Origin: a virus | Virus record (IMG/VR): IMGVR_UViG_3300036715_000363 | Span: 7,717 to 71,716 of that record | DNA length: 64,000 nt | Reading direction: 5' to 3' (one strand) | Shown here: one piece after another, positions 39,063 to 49,580 of the stretch | Layout of the letters: each line of letters opens with the position of its first letter | How positions within the stretch are numbered: the first letter of the stretch is position 1 | Notes under the pieces: generated by a model | Database searches by the model: none | The model's input: the letters and a program-made list of their open reading frames with translations, nothing else | Told to the model about the DNA's origin: nothing | Position numbers and translations under genes: made by a program

Positions 39063-39655
39063 CTTCTACCACCAAATACCCTACTAGTTAATAATCCTGA
39101 TATAGATTCACGCTCAGGTAGTTCTTCTTCATCAGCTTTATTAATCGTAATTATGCCAGATGAAGTATCGCTTAGTTGTGTAGATAAAATATTTCTATTA
39201 AAAAAACCATCTTTACTAATATTTACTAGACTAGACATTTTCTGAGCTAATAATGAATCTACTATATCGCGTGTAAATTCATGTCTAGCATGTACATACA
39301 CTAAGTTAGCAAACTCATCCATTGCTATCAAGTCATCTATAGGCGCATTACCTACGTTGATTCCTTGCTCTAATCTTTTCTTCCAGCCCAGTAAATGTGC
39401 ATTAATAGCGTCGTAAATATCTTTAATGTCCTTGTAATTTACTATCTTAATGTTAATGCCGTTTTTATAATAATCTACCATAGTACTGATTGTAGCCATA
39501 GTAGTAAACCATTGTGAGGTTAATTCTTTATCTATAGCTTTATCTCCTACGGTAGGAGTACCAAATATTTTAATATAGTCCACACTCATGGACTCTATAT
39601 TAGGTACTCGTATCTTATAAAAGTAATCCCATATTTTAGCTGTCGTGTCTATCAT
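39053..39655 (-). CDS. phiKZ-like conserved protein
   Basis: 200 aa; APIDDL..MD.FA; block context. Confidence 0.6.
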   Translation of the reverse strand: MIDTTAKIWDYFYKIRVPNIESMSVDYIKIFGTPTVGDKAIDKELTSQWFTTMATISTMVDYYKNGINIKIVNYKDIKDIYDAINAHLLGWKKRLEQGINVGNAPIDDLIAMDEFANLVYVHARHEFTRDIVDSLLAQKMSSLVNISKDGFFNRNILSTQLSDTSSGIITINKADEEELPERESISGLLTSRVFGGRRWT

Positions 39656-39671
39656 ATTAACCTCAGCAGTT

Positions 39672-41084
39672 TTAGCCTATTGCGGCTTTTATTAAAAGGA
39701 TTATAATAGGTAAGTAATAGAACTGTTCTAATCTACCCCATTGTCTAAAGTTTTTAACTACAGAATATAATCTAGTAGGATTTACTACATTACCTTTTAA
39801 ATAATCCATTGTAATTATTTCTAATAAACTTAATGGCGCGTCACCTTTATAAAATGCACTAGAGAATACATAGTAGTCATCTACCAACACATCTTTTATT
39901 ATTGGTGTCGTTACATTATCATCTATATATACATCAGTTAATATCTGAGATAAGTCACCAGTAGTAGTTGGTACTTCTTTTAAATTATCGTAAGATACAT
40001 ATTTTAACACAGTCTCAGGATAATCTACGTATATAAAACCTTCTGTATAAAAAGGATTTAATACAACTTCATTATAATTGGAGCTACTACGAAGACTCTG
40101 ATCTGGAACTAATGGATAGGTAGTAAACTGTATACCACTGAATCTAAATCCATTTAGCATTGGGTTGCCACTAAATAATCTATACGTAACTAAACCCATC
40201 TTTTTATTAGCATGTCTTAGTATATCTATATTTCTATTTATTAAAGCTGTCCATAATGTATCTTGTCCTAAATTAGGATCTTTATCTAAATTTAGTACAC
40301 GTGTAGATCTAATTTCTTTAGCATCAAAAGTAGACACTACCTTCATTATAAATTCTACAACTAAACTATCATAAGCTGCAAATTTTTGACCAGGTATAAT
40401 CAATGTATTATACTCGGTATTAAAAAAAGCATTAAAGAAATACTGACATACTTCGTCATAAAGTATATTTAGATTAGCTATATTTTTATAGTCTTCACTA
40501 ACTATGTTAGGATTTTTATTAGCTGCTAAGAAATCTTTATAAAAGTAAACTGTCTTAATTACTTTACTTTCTAAATCTTTATATCTTTCACTATCTTTAG
40601 TAATATTAGCGGTTAATGCATAAGAAATAGTAAATACTGAATCTCTATTAAAGGTCTTTCTGCTTACTTCTTTAATAGTAAAGATACCATCAAAACCATC
40701 ACCTATATCAGCAACAAACATATCTCCTATGTTTGGAACTAAAGGAGGATATACGTTAGCTTCACCAGTCACTAAAGTAGTACTAGTTTCTGAATCTTCA
40801 GTAGATGATAATGGAGCAGTTACCATTAATTCAAGTCTAGTTATTTTTGAATATTGCTGATATACACTACTTTGACCATTATCTAATTCTTTTAGATCAT
40901 TGTGATTAGCAACTACCTGACTATAATAATCTACTGTATAAGAAGAACCGTCTACGTAAGATATAGTAGATGTTAGCGGAGTATAAGCATCATCTGTTAT
41001 TACGCCTTTATACTCCGTTGGTTCTACTTTAGGTAGATTAGGTTTTACTTTATTTACTACTGGTTTAGCCTTTGCAATAGCCAT
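39672..41084 (-). CDS. phiKZ-like virion structural protein
   Basis: PNIGDMFVADIGDG, LEQFYY.P motifs. Confidence 0.65.
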   Translation of the reverse strand: MAIAKAKPVVNKVKPNLPKVEPTEYKGVITDDAYTPLTSTISYVDGSSYTVDYYSQVVANHNDLKELDNGQSSVYQQYSKITRLELMVTAPLSSTEDSETSTTLVTGEANVYPPLVPNIGDMFVADIGDGFDGIFTIKEVSRKTFNRDSVFTISYALTANITKDSERYKDLESKVIKTVYFYKDFLAANKNPNIVSEDYKNIANLNILYDEVCQYFFNAFFNTEYNTLIIPGQKFAAYDSLVVEFIMKVVSTFDAKEIRSTRVLNLDKDPNLGQDTLWTALINRNIDILRHANKKMGLVTYRLFSGNPMLNGFRFSGIQFTTYPLVPDQSLRSSSNYNEVVLNPFYTEGFIYVDYPETVLKYVSYDNLKEVPTTTGDLSQILTDVYIDDNVTTPIIKDVLVDDYYVFSSAFYKGDAPLSLLEIITMDYLKGNVVNPTRLYSVVKNFRQWGRLEQFYYLPIIILLIKAAIG

Positions 41085-41086
41085 TT

Positions 41087-42703
41087 TTATCTCGCTTTAT
41101 TTGCGCTAGCAACTACATATGTAATTGCTACAGTTTTAGTCGATTGTTGATTAGCTCTTAAATACTCTAAGCTAGGTCCACGTAAATCTTTTAAAAAATC
41201 ACTAGGCTTACCAAATATACCATTACCAGGATTAAAAGATAATCCAGTTAAGTACCTATAAAGTATATTAAAGTCTGCGGCAGTGATACGTCTATTTAAA
41301 CCAAGAGAAGTAATGCCAGGTAGATTACGCAGTATTTCATTTATAGCAATAATTATCTTAAGAAAAGCTTTAGGATATAATCTTAATCTATCTATAGCGG
41401 CTCTATCTAACATTGTTAAGTCAGTAACAATTGCAAAGCGTACTCGACTATTTACTCGTAAATCTAAATCATTGGCAGCACGTACGTTTAGATTACTATC
41501 GCATACTAAACTATTACTAGGCTCTAAATTTTTAAAAGTATATAGGTCTAATTGTAATATAGATTTATATCTCTTACCAATAAATGGATATTCAGATTTC
41601 ATAATAAACTCTAGAATATCTTGATCTATTGTTATATCACCTAACTCTTCTAAATTTAATAAATCTCTTTTATTATTTTCTACTTCACATAGAGCAAAAA
41701 ATACACTACCAGTACCGTTAGGAGTAGTTTCGGCTATGAATTCATCAGTATCTGGTATATTGATAACTGGTTTTAATTCTAAAGCATGAGTAGCTTGTTC
41801 TTGTGCTTCAAAATAATGTAAAGCATTTAAACTACTAGTATAAGACTGAGGCACTAAATCTATATCTAACTCATTTCTATTAGAGTTAATGAACCTATTA
41901 TCCAACATCTGGTTATGTACCATTATTGGATAAATTACATTACACATTGAAGGACGCTCATAAGTAAACTTATAAGAGAAGCTAATTGTCCATGAGGAAT
42001 TAGCATCATCCTTCTCAGGCTTCTCTGGGTTGCCCTGAAAGTCGAATAGACCCACTATCCTAGATTGAGTTTCACTAATGGCTCTAATAGACTGTTTACC
42101 ATCTAGAGTACCTATTGTAGTAAATCTATTAGAAGCATGTGAATCAAAGTACTCTTCAAATGTTTCACCATATCCTTCAACATTTTCTCTAAGTGTATAT
42201 ACTTCATTTAGTAAATCAAAAAATGGTTCTGGTACTGAATAATGGTAATTGATTTTATGTAGATTCATTTCTCTTAATTGAGAAGAATGCATTCTAATAT
42301 CATCTCTCCATCTCAATACCTCTGTCTTACTACTAGAACGATACTTAAAGTTAATAGTAACATCTGTAGTAACATAGCTAGGCTTAATATATACACTTAA
42401 AGCAGTATCTGAAAATATTGGTAAATGTTCTTTTCTAGTAAGGGCAATATTACCTAAAGCATCAGGTGTATATTCTTCTATTACTTCAATATGAATAAAC
42501 TTATTATTTAAGTATTCAGCATCTCTATTATTCTCACCAATGTTTGTGCCTGGTTGCTGCATTCTATCCATATCACCAGGAAATAATATTTTTACATCTT
42601 TATCTATCTTAGTTATTTTCTGTATATCTTTTATTACACTGATAGCTATTGGTCTAGATATAGACTGCATTACTTCAGGTATAGTCATACTTACATTTGG
42701 CAT
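41087..42703 (-). CDS. phiKZ-like virion structural protein
   Basis: 538 aa; YPIMVHNQ; block context. Confidence 0.65.
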   Translation of the reverse strand: MPNVSMTIPEVMQSISRPIAISVIKDIQKITKIDKDVKILFPGDMDRMQQPGTNIGENNRDAEYLNNKFIHIEVIEEYTPDALGNIALTRKEHLPIFSDTALSVYIKPSYVTTDVTINFKYRSSSKTEVLRWRDDIRMHSSQLREMNLHKINYHYSVPEPFFDLLNEVYTLRENVEGYGETFEEYFDSHASNRFTTIGTLDGKQSIRAISETQSRIVGLFDFQGNPEKPEKDDANSSWTISFSYKFTYERPSMCNVIYPIMVHNQMLDNRFINSNRNELDIDLVPQSYTSSLNALHYFEAQEQATHALELKPVINIPDTDEFIAETTPNGTGSVFFALCEVENNKRDLLNLEELGDITIDQDILEFIMKSEYPFIGKRYKSILQLDLYTFKNLEPSNSLVCDSNLNVRAANDLDLRVNSRVRFAIVTDLTMLDRAAIDRLRLYPKAFLKIIIAINEILRNLPGITSLGLNRRITAADFNILYRYLTGLSFNPGNGIFGKPSDFLKDLRGPSLEYLRANQQSTKTVAITYVVASANKAR

Positions 42704-42760
42704 AATAATTACCTACGTTTTAGTTAATCATTAGATTATCTGCTTTTTTAAAATTTACAT

Positions 42761-42801
42761 AAAATATACTCCTAGACAAATTAATGTCTAGGAGTATATT
42801 T
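42761..42801 (-). terminator. intrinsic terminator
   Basis: aaatatactcctagaca/tgtctaggagtatattt. Confidence 0.75.
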
Positions 42802-42821
42802 ATTTTACAAACTAAGTAAGA

Positions 42822-44168
42822 TTACTTACCAGATTTCCAGTTGCTAATAGAAGCAGCAACATAGTTCAGAGCCAAGTTACCACCCTTAGAAGCTTCTTTC
42901 TGTGGGAAAGATGCATAAACACGAACAGTTTCACCTAAAGATACCATTAATTTTTTAATGGCAGCAATAGTTTTCTTTTCTTTTTCAGCAACTTCTTTGT
43001 CATCTTTATTTTCTTTACCAGCTAAAGACATAGCATTTTTCATAGCAGCTTCAATTGCTTTATCTGCTTTATCAAATACTTTAGAAACACCTTCAGAAGC
43101 TTTAACAGCTTTGCACAAAGAAATAACTTCATTACAAATCTTAATTGCTTCATCTTTTTTAGCAGTGTCGCATTTTTCTTTAACTTCTAGATCTTCTTTT
43201 TCAGCAGTTACAGATTTAGTGATAACAACACCACTTTCTTCTTCTTCATCAGTACCTTCAATTTTTTCAACATATACAACTATATAAGAACCAGATAACA
43301 TTTCTTTACTAGCGCGTAATGTTGAAGCTTCTTCAGAATCAAGACCAATAGTTTCAGCTAATTTAGTATCTGTTGCACCTTGTGGCTTAGAAATACTATC
43401 CATAGCATCAAAAGCTTCTTTAGAACTTTTTGCATTAGCTACTCGTTGCATAACAGCTGCAACTGTTTCAGCAGCTGATTTAGCAGAACCGAGTTCTTCT
43501 TTAATATTAGCAATAGCTCCCATAAGACGAGATACTTTGAAAGTACCATCTTCATTAAAAGCAGTAGCAATAGCTGCATTTTCAAATTCTTCAGTTTCAA
43601 TTACAGATGTGCCTTGTGCGCATTTCTCACGCAATGCTATAGCACGTTTTTCCATACGTACGTTAGAATCTGTAAGGAACTTGTAAAAGTCTACAAGCTT
43701 AGCCCAGATTTTTTTGAAACCAGCAACAATAGCTGCCCATATTTTTTTAACTGTTTCTACAATACCTTCAACAGTAATACGCGTAGCAGTAATACGTGAG
43801 CTACGTGAACCAAAAGATTCAGTTGCTGGAACAATGCTAGAACCACGAACACCAAGACGACGACAGATAGATTCTACAGCAACTTCAGTAACGCGAGCTG
43901 CGTCTTCTGACATGCCTTCACCACCTTCATCAATTGTATCAGCAGCAACATCACCAATAGCTTCTAAATCTTCAGCACCTTCTTCAGCATCTTCAATAGC
44001 TGCTTGAACTTCTTCAATTTCATCATGGCTATCTTGAACTGCTTGATCAGCTTGCATTGCATCAGCAGCGCCCGCATCAACACCTTCAGCCATTTCAACA
44101 CCAACGCTACCTTCATCTTCCATTACTGCTACCAGACCTTTACGACGAATACTCATGAGATTCTCCAA
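42822..44168 (-). CDS. internal head (inner-body family) protein
   Basis: acidic propeptide, AVES, ATESF, TVEG then amphipathic IWAAIVAGFKKIW helix, typical of phiKZ internal proteins. Confidence 0.8.
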   Translation of the reverse strand: MENLMSIRRKGLVAVMEDEGSVGVEMAEGVDAGAADAMQADQAVQDSHDEIEEVQAAIEDAEEGAEDLEAIGDVAADTIDEGGEGMSEDAARVTEVAVESICRRLGVRGSSIVPATESFGSRSSRITATRITVEGIVETVKKIWAAIVAGFKKIWAKLVDFYKFLTDSNVRMEKRAIALREKCAQGTSVIETEEFENAAIATAFNEDGTFKVSRLMGAIANIKEELGSAKSAAETVAAVMQRVANAKSSKEAFDAMDSISKPQGATDTKLAETIGLDSEEASTLRASKEMLSGSYIVVYVEKIEGTDEEEESGVVITKSVTAEKEDLEVKEKCDTAKKDEAIKICNEVISLCKAVKASEGVSKVFDKADKAIEAAMKNAMSLAGKENKDDKEVAEKEKKTIAAIKKLMVSLGETVRVYASFPQKEASKGGNLALNYVAASISNWKSGK

Positions 44169-44236
44169 ATTTAAATTTAATTAACAAACACTAGTGTGTG
44201 GAAGTATTTCTACCTCAAACAATTAGCAAAAATATT

Positions 44237-45772
44237 TTAACTATAAGCTTTTATTAAAGACTTACAATATTGAGTAGATGCATTTAAATGTTTAATTGCA
44301 TAGTTCTGTAATGTTAAGCTACCTGATATAAAAGTAACATCTATGAAACCCGCTTTCAAAGATATAAAGTGAATTAAAGACTCTCTAGTAGATACTTGTT
44401 CTTTAGATTTGTATAAGAACCCAAGGTAATCACGTAGTCCAGACTTTAAACTCTCTTTAATTTTTATTACTTCATCAAATACTTTATCCTGCTTAATACC
44501 GATATCACAAATCATAGTTAACTCTTCTAGATATTTTTCGAGATTATCTATATTTATAAATGGTACTTCTTCAGGTACATTACTTTCATTAACTTCAAAC
44601 CCTAAGAATATCTTAGAGTGTTTATAAGCTTCTTCTATTAACTCATTACTAGCTAAAACTTTACTAGGTGCATATCCTAATAAAATTTCATCACCAGGTA
44701 ATAGTTTATTATAAGCATAAGTATCTAAACCTTCATGATCAGGTTCATATCCTTTCACAGTCTTTTTAGTGAATCCTGTAAATGAAATATCTTCAACCAT
44801 AAATCTGTTAGGTTTATTAACATCACCTTTAGATACTCTACTAATTAAAGTTTTAGTACTGGCTAAATTATTACGAACCTTTATTAAAATTTCATTTGTG
44901 TAAGCATTAAATAATTCTAAAAATACAGAACTATTTTTATCAAAATTAAAATTATCTTTTATTTTTAATAATTTAATATATTCTTTACTTTTATATAACT
45001 CTTCTTCACTATTAAATTCTTTTTTAGTAGTTAAAGACTTATAAAGATTTAAGGCTTCTTTTAATTTAACAATTTTAGCTTTGTAAGATTTAAAAGTAAA
45101 TATATGCTTCTTAGCAAATTTAACAATAGCAATAGATGATTTAATTAATGAAGATAATATTTTCTCTATAGAATAAAGTATACCTCTACCTACCGCCTTA
45201 ACTAAATCTGGACCATGCGCTACACCTAATCCAGCAACATATTTAATACCATCTAAAGCAGCGTTACCAGCATAACTAGCGCCGTCTAAAGCAGCCTGTC
45301 CTAAATAAGAACCAGCTGATTTTAAATGATCAGAAAAGTCTTCACTACTAACACTATAACCAGTATCACTATAATGCTCTCTGAGGCTCTCTATAGCTTC
45401 TTTAGTCTCTTTATTTGCTTCAGTAGGTGTCTCTGTATCATCTTCGGCTTTATCATCTTCAGGAGCCGCTGGTTTGGCTTCAGCACTATTATCTTTTTTA
45501 ACATCTGGTTCATCTGTATCGCTATCATCTTCAGTAGCATCTTTAGGTTCGGAATCTGTTGCAGGTGGTGTATCATCAGCCGGAGGCTCTGAAGAATCTA
45601 CTGGTGGTTCTTCTTCAGCTTTTTTAGCTTCAGATAAGTCTTGATATAAATTATCAAAATCATCACCTTTAGATTCTTCAATTTTAGCTTCTGCTACTTT
45701 GTCTACATTCAACTCAGAATCTTCGAAAGAAAGAATTCTTTTGCGTTTCATTTTAAATTTTTCTATTGACAA
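44237..45772 (-). CDS. internal head protein
   Basis: acidic Pro-rich propeptide with SFE/AIE/SSE sites. Confidence 0.65.
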   Translation of the reverse strand: MSIEKFKMKRKRILSFEDSELNVDKVAEAKIEESKGDDFDNLYQDLSEAKKAEEEPPVDSSEPPADDTPPATDSEPKDATEDDSDTDEPDVKKDNSAEAKPAAPEDDKAEDDTETPTEANKETKEAIESLREHYSDTGYSVSSEDFSDHLKSAGSYLGQAALDGASYAGNAALDGIKYVAGLGVAHGPDLVKAVGRGILYSIEKILSSLIKSSIAIVKFAKKHIFTFKSYKAKIVKLKEALNLYKSLTTKKEFNSEEELYKSKEYIKLLKIKDNFNFDKNSSVFLELFNAYTNEILIKVRNNLASTKTLISRVSKGDVNKPNRFMVEDISFTGFTKKTVKGYEPDHEGLDTYAYNKLLPGDEILLGYAPSKVLASNELIEEAYKHSKIFLGFEVNESNVPEEVPFINIDNLEKYLEELTMICDIGIKQDKVFDEVIKIKESLKSGLRDYLGFLYKSKEQVSTRESLIHFISLKAGFIDVTFISGSLTLQNYAIKHLNASTQYCKSLIKAYS

Positions 45773-46355
45773 TGTCTATTGACTTATTCTTACCAAAGAC
45801 AATAAAACAAAATGTTAATAAATCTTTAAAACCACCTTCATGAGAAGTCCAGCAACTCAACGCTTCTATCAAACTTTCATTCTCAAATAAAGAATTAAAT
45901 TCACTTCTATAAGTGGGTGTAGCTTTAGGTACATTTTCTTGTTTTAAAGATGGACCACCAACTAATCTAATCCAGGTTTCAACGTTAACAGAACGCTTAC
46001 CTTCACTAATAAATTTGATAGTGTCATTTAAAAATTCAATATGTAGATTACTATAATACTTACTACTACGTTGTAAGTCTAACCAATATCTAAAGTTGTT
46101 TACATTAAAACAATCTAATACTTCTTGTAAAACAGTTTCTCTAAACTCAAATGAACGAATAATCTTTTCATCAGCATCAAACTCTTCATAAACTTTAGTA
46201 ATACCTGGATGATAAAGGAATGGTTTATCATCCTCAATAACAGGCTTACTTAATTTCATAGGTATGAAGTTATCAATTTTATCGTCTTTTACACTTTGTA
46301 ATAGTTTACTATTTTCTACAGATAAGAACCCGCTTTGTAAAATAGCTAATTTCAT
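45753..46355 (-). CDS. phiKZ-like conserved protein
   Basis: 200 aa in head block. Confidence 0.6.
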   Translation of the reverse strand: MKLAILQSGFLSVENSKLLQSVKDDKIDNFIPMKLSKPVIEDDKPFLYHPGITKVYEEFDADEKIIRSFEFRETVLQEVLDCFNVNNFRYWLDLQRSSKYYSNLHIEFLNDTIKFISEGKRSVNVETWIRLVGGPSLKQENVPKATPTYRSEFNSLFENESLIEALSCWTSHEGGFKDLLTFCFIVFGKNKSIDIVNRKI

Positions 46356-46357
46356 TT

Positions 46358-47257
46358 TTAAACCCCTTCAATTTTAGCCATCTTATATTCTAAAGTATCT
46401 ATACGACTTTGCAAGTAATCTATTTCTTTTTCTACTTGCATGTCAGCTTTACCTGAGTTAGCATTCTTTAAGTTTAATAGACGCAGTTCTAGCATACGCT
46501 TCTTATCTTTAAATGCAGCATAGCGATCAGCTTGCCATTCAGCATATAACATACGGATACGATAGATAGGATTGTTATCAAACCCTACTAACAGTCCTGT
46601 ACCAAATGGATCTATATCTGATTCTTTAAATGCAGAAGATACTGTACTATAGTTTTTAGAATTAACAATGATATCTGGTACAGCTAATAACTTCTTAGCA
46701 AATTCTTCTGGCTTCTCACTATAGACAGCAAGTAAACTAGCAAATGTAGGTAAGTCTTTATTAATAGTCTTAATCTGCATTGGTGTCAGTTGGAAAGAAT
46801 CAGGCGCACCTTCATCATGCAATACATTAGTTTCTTCAGCATAAACTAAAGTAAGTAAGTTTACAGAGTGACGTGATATAAATGATATCTGATCAGCCGC
46901 TCTAACTAAAATAGTTTTTACAGCAGACATACCGTCTTTAATAACGTCAGCTTCTAATGTATCTTCTAACTTTTCATTTACAATATTTAAGTTAGCTAGA
47001 ACATTTGGTAAAGCTTTAGTAATTTCTAAAACAAAATTCTTTTCAGTAGTCTTCTTATCAAAGTTTCTATAAAAGATATTATTTAAATCTTTAGCTTTAT
47101 CTGATTTAAATTTATTTGATTTAAAATATAAAGCAGCTTCAGTATAGGCTGGTATAGAGCCGTCAGACAACTCTTTTTGAGTTATTCTAACGTCATCCAT
47201 AATAGTACTCTTATTAAAGCGTGGCAATAGTATTGAAATAAAATCAACTATTTTCAT
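46358..47257 (-). CDS. virion structural protein (start taken at MKIVDF)
   Basis: AAGGA SD; NPIY.IR...AEWQ..RY with C-terminal coiled coil. Confidence 0.65.
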   Translation of the reverse strand: MKIVDFISILLPRFNKSTIMDDVRITQKELSDGSIPAYTEAALYFKSNKFKSDKAKDLNNIFYRNFDKKTTEKNFVLEITKALPNVLANLNIVNEKLEDTLEADVIKDGMSAVKTILVRAADQISFISRHSVNLLTLVYAEETNVLHDEGAPDSFQLTPMQIKTINKDLPTFASLLAVYSEKPEEFAKKLLAVPDIIVNSKNYSTVSSAFKESDIDPFGTGLLVGFDNNPIYRIRMLYAEWQADRYAAFKDKKRMLELRLLNLKNANSGKADMQVEKEIDYLQSRIDTLEYKMAKIEGV

Positions 47258-47267
47258 AATTTTGTCC

Positions 47268-48455
47268 TTAGAATTGTGCAGGGCTACCTGCATTTAATGA
47301 TTTCAATATGTCCATTATTTCTGGACCTTTATTTTTATTGCTAGCTTTAAGATCTTTAACACTAACTTCTGTAGCGCCAGATATACCACGCTGATAGAAA
47401 GTTACACGTTCCCAATCTCTATCGACTACTACAATAATCATAGCGTATGTATTCTCAAAAGCTTTTTGACGAATACGTGGATTAGATAATTTGCCTGATA
47501 ATTGTTTTTCTAATTCAGCAGCACCTACTTCACTCAATATAAAGATATTAGATGCGCTAACTAATGATGGGTTATTAGAAATGATGCCATATTTCTTAGA
47601 ACGGTTTACGCGGTCAAGAATTTGCTTATATACACCGGACTCATCATTCAACAAAGCTTTCTTATGTTCGTCAATTAAATCTTGACAGAATATTAAATCT
47701 TTAATTAAACTAATACGCCCAGATCTAAATGAATGGAAGCGTTCTACTAGCGTATTATCTTCTTTTTTAATAGCTAGTAAATGAACCATACTTTCTGTAG
47801 GGATAGATGTTGTAGCTAATCTAATGTTAACTGGGATAGTTACTTTATCTTCACCAACACCTATATCAATGTTAATTAACTTACCTACAGCCAAATTAGA
47901 TAAATCTGGAATAGTTTTAGTTACGAAATCTTTATCAGCAGAAGCACCGTTAGGTTTTGCTTCTTCATCATGTAAATGTACTTTATTTAATTCATCAATA
48001 AATTCTGTGGTTACTATTGAACGAGTCATCTGACGCATTTCTGATTCCATGGCTACTTTATTTGTAGTAGTAGGTAATCTAAACTTATAGGCAGATATTG
48101 CTGTAGTATGGCGCTCATTCATACTTTCATTAATATATGTTAAATCATTAAAATGACGGTCAGGATTTAAACGATCTAAAGCTTTGATCACATGCGCATT
48201 TTGTAAATTAGTTGATAGTGCTATAGCTTGTAAATAGTAACCAGAAAAAATACTTAGCACTGATTGTAATACATCGTTAGTATAATCTAAGTTTAAACAA
48301 TCTGCGGAAATAATAGTCAGTGGCTCTACTCTAGCTATTTTCGTAGTGTCTATTAAAGACTTAGTATTGTAATTAGTACCTAAACGCATTGCCATGTCGT
48401 ACATATTACCAATCTTTTGGATAAAACTTTCTAATTCAGAACCAACTGATGCCAT
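47268..48455 (-). CDS. virion structural protein (start taken at MASVGS)
   Basis: GAGAGG SD; ARVEP, SGYYLQA, DLIFCQDLI motifs. Confidence 0.65.
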   Translation of the reverse strand: MASVGSELESFIQKIGNMYDMAMRLGTNYNTKSLIDTTKIARVEPLTIISADCLNLDYTNDVLQSVLSIFSGYYLQAIALSTNLQNAHVIKALDRLNPDRHFNDLTYINESMNERHTTAISAYKFRLPTTTNKVAMESEMRQMTRSIVTTEFIDELNKVHLHDEEAKPNGASADKDFVTKTIPDLSNLAVGKLINIDIGVGEDKVTIPVNIRLATTSIPTESMVHLLAIKKEDNTLVERFHSFRSGRISLIKDLIFCQDLIDEHKKALLNDESGVYKQILDRVNRSKKYGIISNNPSLVSASNIFILSEVGAAELEKQLSGKLSNPRIRQKAFENTYAMIIVVVDRDWERVTFYQRGISGATEVSVKDLKASNKNKGPEIMDILKSLNAGSPAQF

Positions 48456-48494
48456 TTTGAAACCTCTCTTAAAATGTGTAGTTACGGAGAAAAT

Positions 48495-49577
48495 ATGAGT
48501 AACGCAACAAAACCACCTGTAACATATAGTCTTGATGATTATTTCCAATCTATGCCTATAGGCTCAATAGATAAAGCATTAACCAATAACTTATATGGTA
48601 TTAACCATAGACAGATACCTAATTCTTTGTTATCAAACAAAGATGTTTATGGTCTTACTTTCTTTGTAAGACCACAATTAAACTTAGATGAAAATAATGT
48701 TAAAAATGAAAGATTATTATATTCTTTATTAACCTCTACTGATACGAGTATACAAAGATTTGTTAGAACTACATTAGATCCTAGATTAGTACATGGTAAA
48801 CCAGGTACATCGCCATTATCTTGCCCTATTATGGATAATACTCAAGCATTCATTCCAGTGCTTAGTAATAACATAACAAATATTAGTGGATGGCCAGATA
48901 TGGCTCTGCCGACCTTTACTTCTAAACCAGGTATTTATGAAGAAGCGTACTCACAAGCAGATGGCGTAGTAACTAACTATACCTCATTTGATATGGATGC
49001 TACATTCAGAAATACTCGTGGTGACCCAATACTTTATATGTTTTATATATGGGTTCATTATCAGTCTTTTGTTTTTCAAGGAATATTACAACCTTATCCT
49101 GATTTCATTGTTAGTAATACATTAGATTACACGACTAGAATATATAGATTAGTGTTAGATGTAAACAGAAAATATGTTAAGAAAATTGCAGCTGTTGGAG
49201 CAGCTTTTCCTATTAGCGTACCTATTGGTCAATTCTTTGATTATACAACAGACAAACCTTATAATGATCAATCTAAAGATATAACTATAAGATTTAGATG
49301 TATGGGGGTAATAGCACTAGATGACATATTAATTTTTGAGTTTAATGCCACCGTAGTAATCTTTAACCCGATGATGGGTGATAGGTATAGAGAAGCTAAT
49401 ATGGTTAAGATTAGCTATGATTTATTACAGCAGTTTAACAATAGAGGTTATGCTAGGATTGAACCAAAAACTTATGAATTAGAGTGGTGGGTTCCTAAAG
49501 ATTTACACGCAGCAAAAACAGGCGCCTTTCTTAAAGCAAATTTAAATTGGGCTGACCAAACTGTAATAGGAGAATAA
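48495..49577 (+). CDS. virion structural protein (start taken at MSNATK)
   Basis: GGAGA SD; FFVRPQLNL, DYTTRIYRLVLD. Confidence 0.65.
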   Translation: MSNATKPPVTYSLDDYFQSMPIGSIDKALTNNLYGINHRQIPNSLLSNKDVYGLTFFVRPQLNLDENNVKNERLLYSLLTSTDTSIQRFVRTTLDPRLVHGKPGTSPLSCPIMDNTQAFIPVLSNNITNISGWPDMALPTFTSKPGIYEEAYSQADGVVTNYTSFDMDATFRNTRGDPILYMFYIWVHYQSFVFQGILQPYPDFIVSNTLDYTTRIYRLVLDVNRKYVKKIAAVGAAFPISVPIGQFFDYTTDKPYNDQSKDITIRFRCMGVIALDDILIFEFNATVVIFNPMMGDRYREANMVKISYDLLQQFNNRGYARIEPKTYELEWWVPKDLHAAKTGAFLKANLNWADQTVIGE

Positions 49578-49580
49578 TAG

